Of a stretch of DNA of 64,000 bases, positions 60,801 through 64,000 are shown in pieces (the stretch's first letter is position 1; every line of letters begins with the position of its first letter). The position numbers were made by a program, and so were the translations under genes. The DNA comes from Eledone cirrhosa (lineage: Eukaryota), in the NCBI GenBank assembly GCA_964016885.1, contig OZ024745.1, positions 82,088,001-82,152,000 on the forward strand, written 5' to 3'. The notes below the pieces were generated by a model. That model searched no databases. It was given only the letters and a program-made list of their open reading frames with translations, and had not been told where the DNA came from.

Positions 60801-61640
60801 ACCAAATTGATAACATATTCCCACAAAATTGATTATTCACTCATAGCAATTTGATAACATATTCCCACAAAATTAATAATTCACTCACACGAAATTGATA
60901 ACATATCCCCACAAAATTAATAATCCACTCACACCAAATTGATAACGTATTCCAGAATATTAATAATCCACTCACACCAAATTCATAACTTATTCCCACA
61001 AAATTGATAATTCAGTCACACGAAATTGATAACATATTCCCACAAAATTGATAATTCACTCGCACCAAATTGATAACATATTCCCACAAAATTAATAATT
61101 CACTCATACCAAATTGATAACATATTCCCACAAAATTGATTATTCACTCTTACCAAATTGATAACACATTCCCATTAAACTGATAATTCACTCGCACTAA
61201 ATTGATAACATATTCCCACAAAATTGATAATGCTCTCACACCAAATTGATAACATATTCCCACAAAATTAATAATTCACTCACACCAAATTGATAACTTA
61301 TTCCCACAAAATTGATAATTCACACACACCAAATTGATAGCATATTCCCACAAAATTAATAATCGACTCACAGCAAATTGATAACATATTCCCACAAAAT
61401 TAATAATCCACTCAAACCAAATTGATAACGTATTCCCACAAAATTGATAATTCACTCACACCAAACTGATAAAATATTTCCACAAAATTAATAATCGACT
61501 CACAGCAAATTGATAACATATCCCCACAAAATTAATAATCCACTCACACCAAATTGATAACGTATTCCCACAAAATTAATAATCCACTCACACCAAATTG
61601 ATAACATATTCCCACAAAATTGATAATTCACTCACACCAA
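30870..61640. repeat. Satellite domain III: higher-order repeat array, full unit 5016 bp (114 monomers), ~7 copies including deletion variants
   Basis: Marker gtattcGcac at 33410, 38074, 41682, 46609, 49953, 54177, 59193. Full 5016 spacing measured twice (30975 to 35991; 54742 to 59758). Confidence 0.9.
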
Positions 61641-64000
61641 ATTGATAACATATTACCACAAAATTAATAATCCTCTCACAACAAATTGATAACGTATTCC
61701 CAGAAAATTAATAATCCACTCACACCAAATTGAAAACTTATTCCCACAAAATTGATAATTCACTCACACGAAATTAATAACATATTCCCACAAAATTGAT
61801 AATTCACTCACACCAAACTGATAACATATCCCCACAAAATTAATAATCCACTCACACCAAATTGATAACGTATTCCCACAAAATTAATAATCCACTCACA
61901 CCAAATTGATAACATATTCCCACAAAATTCATAATTCACTCACACCAAATTGATAACATATTCCCAGAAAATTAGTAATTCACTCACACGAAATTGATAA
62001 CATATTTCCACAAAATTAATAATCCACTCACACCAAATTGATAACGTATTCCCACAAAAATAATAATCCACTCACACCCAATTGATAACATATTCCCACA
62101 AAATTAATAATCCACTCACACCAAATTGATAACATATTACCACAAAATAAATAATCCTCTCACACCAAATTGATAACGTATTCTCAGAATATTAATAAAC
62201 CACTCACACCAAATTGATAACTTATTCCCACAAAATTGATAATTCACTCACACGAAATTGATAACATATTCCCATAAAATTTATAATTCACTCGCACCAA
62301 ATTGATAACGTATTCCCATAAAATTAATAATTAACGCACACCAAATTGATAACATATTACCACAAAATAAATAATCCTCTCACACCAAATTGATAACGTA
62401 TTCTCAGAATATTAATAAACCACTCACACCAAATTGATAACTTATTCCCACAAAATTGATAATTCACTCACACGAAATTGATAACATATTCCCATAAAAT
62501 TTATAATTCACTCGCACCAAATTGATAACGTATTCCCACAAAATTAATAATTCACTCACACGAAATTGATAACGTATTCCCATAAAATTGATAATTCACT
62601 CGCACCAAATTGATAACATATTCCCACAAAATTGATAATGCTCTCACACTAAATTGATAACATATTCCCACGAAATTGATTATTCACTCACATCAAATTC
62701 ATAAGATATTTCCACAAAATTAATAATCCACGCCCACCAAATTGATAACATATTCCCACAAAATTGGTAATTCACTCACACCAAATTGAGAACATATTCC
62801 CACAAAACTGATAATCCACTCACACCAAATTGATAACATATTCCCACAAAATTAATAATCCACTCACACCAAATTGATAAAGTATTCTCACAAAATTGAT
62901 AATTCACTCACACGAAATTGATAACATATTACCACAAAATTGATAATTCACTCACACCAAATTAAGAACTTATTCCCATAAAATTAATAATTCACTCACA
63001 CCAAATTGATAACATATTCCCACAAAATTAATAATCCACTCACACCAAATTGATAACATATTACCACAAAATTAATAATCTTCTCACACCAAATTGATAA
63101 CGTATTCTCAGAATATTAATAAACCACTCACACCAAATTGATAACTTATTCCCACAAAATTGATAATTCACTCACACGAAATTGATAACATATTCCCACA
63201 AAATTGATAATTCACTCATACGAAATTGATAACACATTCCCATTAAACTGATAATTCACTCGCACTAAATTGATAACATATTCCCACAAAATTGATAATG
63301 CTCTCACACCAAATTGATAACATATTCCCACAAAATTAATAATTCACTCACACCAAATTGAGAACTTATTCCCATAAAATTAATATTTCACACACACCAA
63401 ATTGATAGCATATTCCCACAAAATTAATAATCGACTCACAGCAAATTGATAACATATTCCCACAAAATTAATAATCCACTCAAACCAAATTGATAACATA
63501 TTCCCACAAAATTTATAATTCACTCACACCAAATTGATAACATATTCCCGCAAAATTAATAATTCACTCACACCAAATTGATAACATATTCCCACAAAAT
63601 TGATTATTCACTCATAGCAATTTGATAACATATTCCCACAAAATTAATAATTCACTCATACCAAATTGATAACATATTCCCACAAAATTGATTATTCACT
63701 CTTACCAAATTGATAACACATTCCCATTAAACTGATAATTCACTCGCACTAAATTGATAACATATTCCCACAAAATTGATAATGCTCTCACACCAAATTG
63801 ATAACATATTCCCACAAAATTAATAATTCACTCACACCAAATTGATAACTTATTCCCACAAAATTGATAATTCACTCACTCCAAATTGATAACGTATTCT
63901 CAGAATATTAATAAACCACTCACAACAAATTGATAACTTATTCCCACAAAATTGATAATTCACTCACACGAAATTGATAACATATTCCCACAAAATTAAT
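61640..64000. repeat. Satellite domain IV: loss of HOR order, return of transitional-type variants
   Basis: attggtaattcactcacaccaaattgagaacat seen at 62763 and 30601 only; cctctcacaacaaattg at ~61672 and ~27756; local 220-bp tandem duplication (62131/62351). Confidence 0.7.

Larger units (their letters stand above)
8024..64000. repeat. Large tandem satellite array, 44-bp monomer (22+22 dimer), ~1270 copies, continues past window end
   Basis: Consensus CATATTCCCACAAAATT(A/G)ATAAT(C/T)CACTCACACCAAATTGATAA recurs head-to-tail in one orientation. Marker spacings are multiples of 44 (e.g. 4620, 3344, 4224, 5016). No inversion or foreign insertion seen. Confidence 0.99.

Noticed and set aside
8024-64000. 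CRISPR-like array
   Set aside because: No unique spacers: both 22-bp halves are repeated. No cas genes, and the context is eukaryotic.
8024-64000. Telomeric or G-quadruplex-forming repeat
   Set aside because: No TTAGGG-type unit. The minus strand has only one GGG and one or two GG per 44 bp with long spacers, so canonical G4 is not supported.

Overview
Eukaryotic (metazoan) non-genic DNA. The SINE family and microsatellite load look like an octopus/coleoid cephalopod genome (recognised from memory, not database-checked). Bases 1-8023 are an AT-rich flank of decayed transposable elements: about 7 copies of a tRNA-derived SINE, a rearranged RTE-clade LINE remnant, a restriction-like-endonuclease (CRE-type) LINE fragment, a possible hAT transposase relic, a ~110-bp dispersed repeat in 3 copies and several microsatellites. 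From 8024 to the window end (~56 kb, ~1270 monomers, open on the right) is one head-to-tail satellite array of a 44-bp monomer (CATATTCCCACAAAATTRATAA-TYCACTCACACCAAATTGATAA), itself a diverged 22+22 dimer. The array is layered: an indel-rich patchwork domain (8.0-26.8 kb), a transitional domain (26.8-30.9 kb), a homogeneous core of ~7 copies of a 5016-bp (114-monomer) higher-order repeat and its deletion derivatives (30.9-61.6 kb), then a return to transitional-type sequence (61.6-64 kb). The consensus monomer carries exact CSL/Su(H) (TGTGGGAA) and GATA (TGATAA) motifs. No intact protein-coding gene, structural RNA gene or CRISPR array is supported; the listed ORFs are repeat artefacts or TE remnants.
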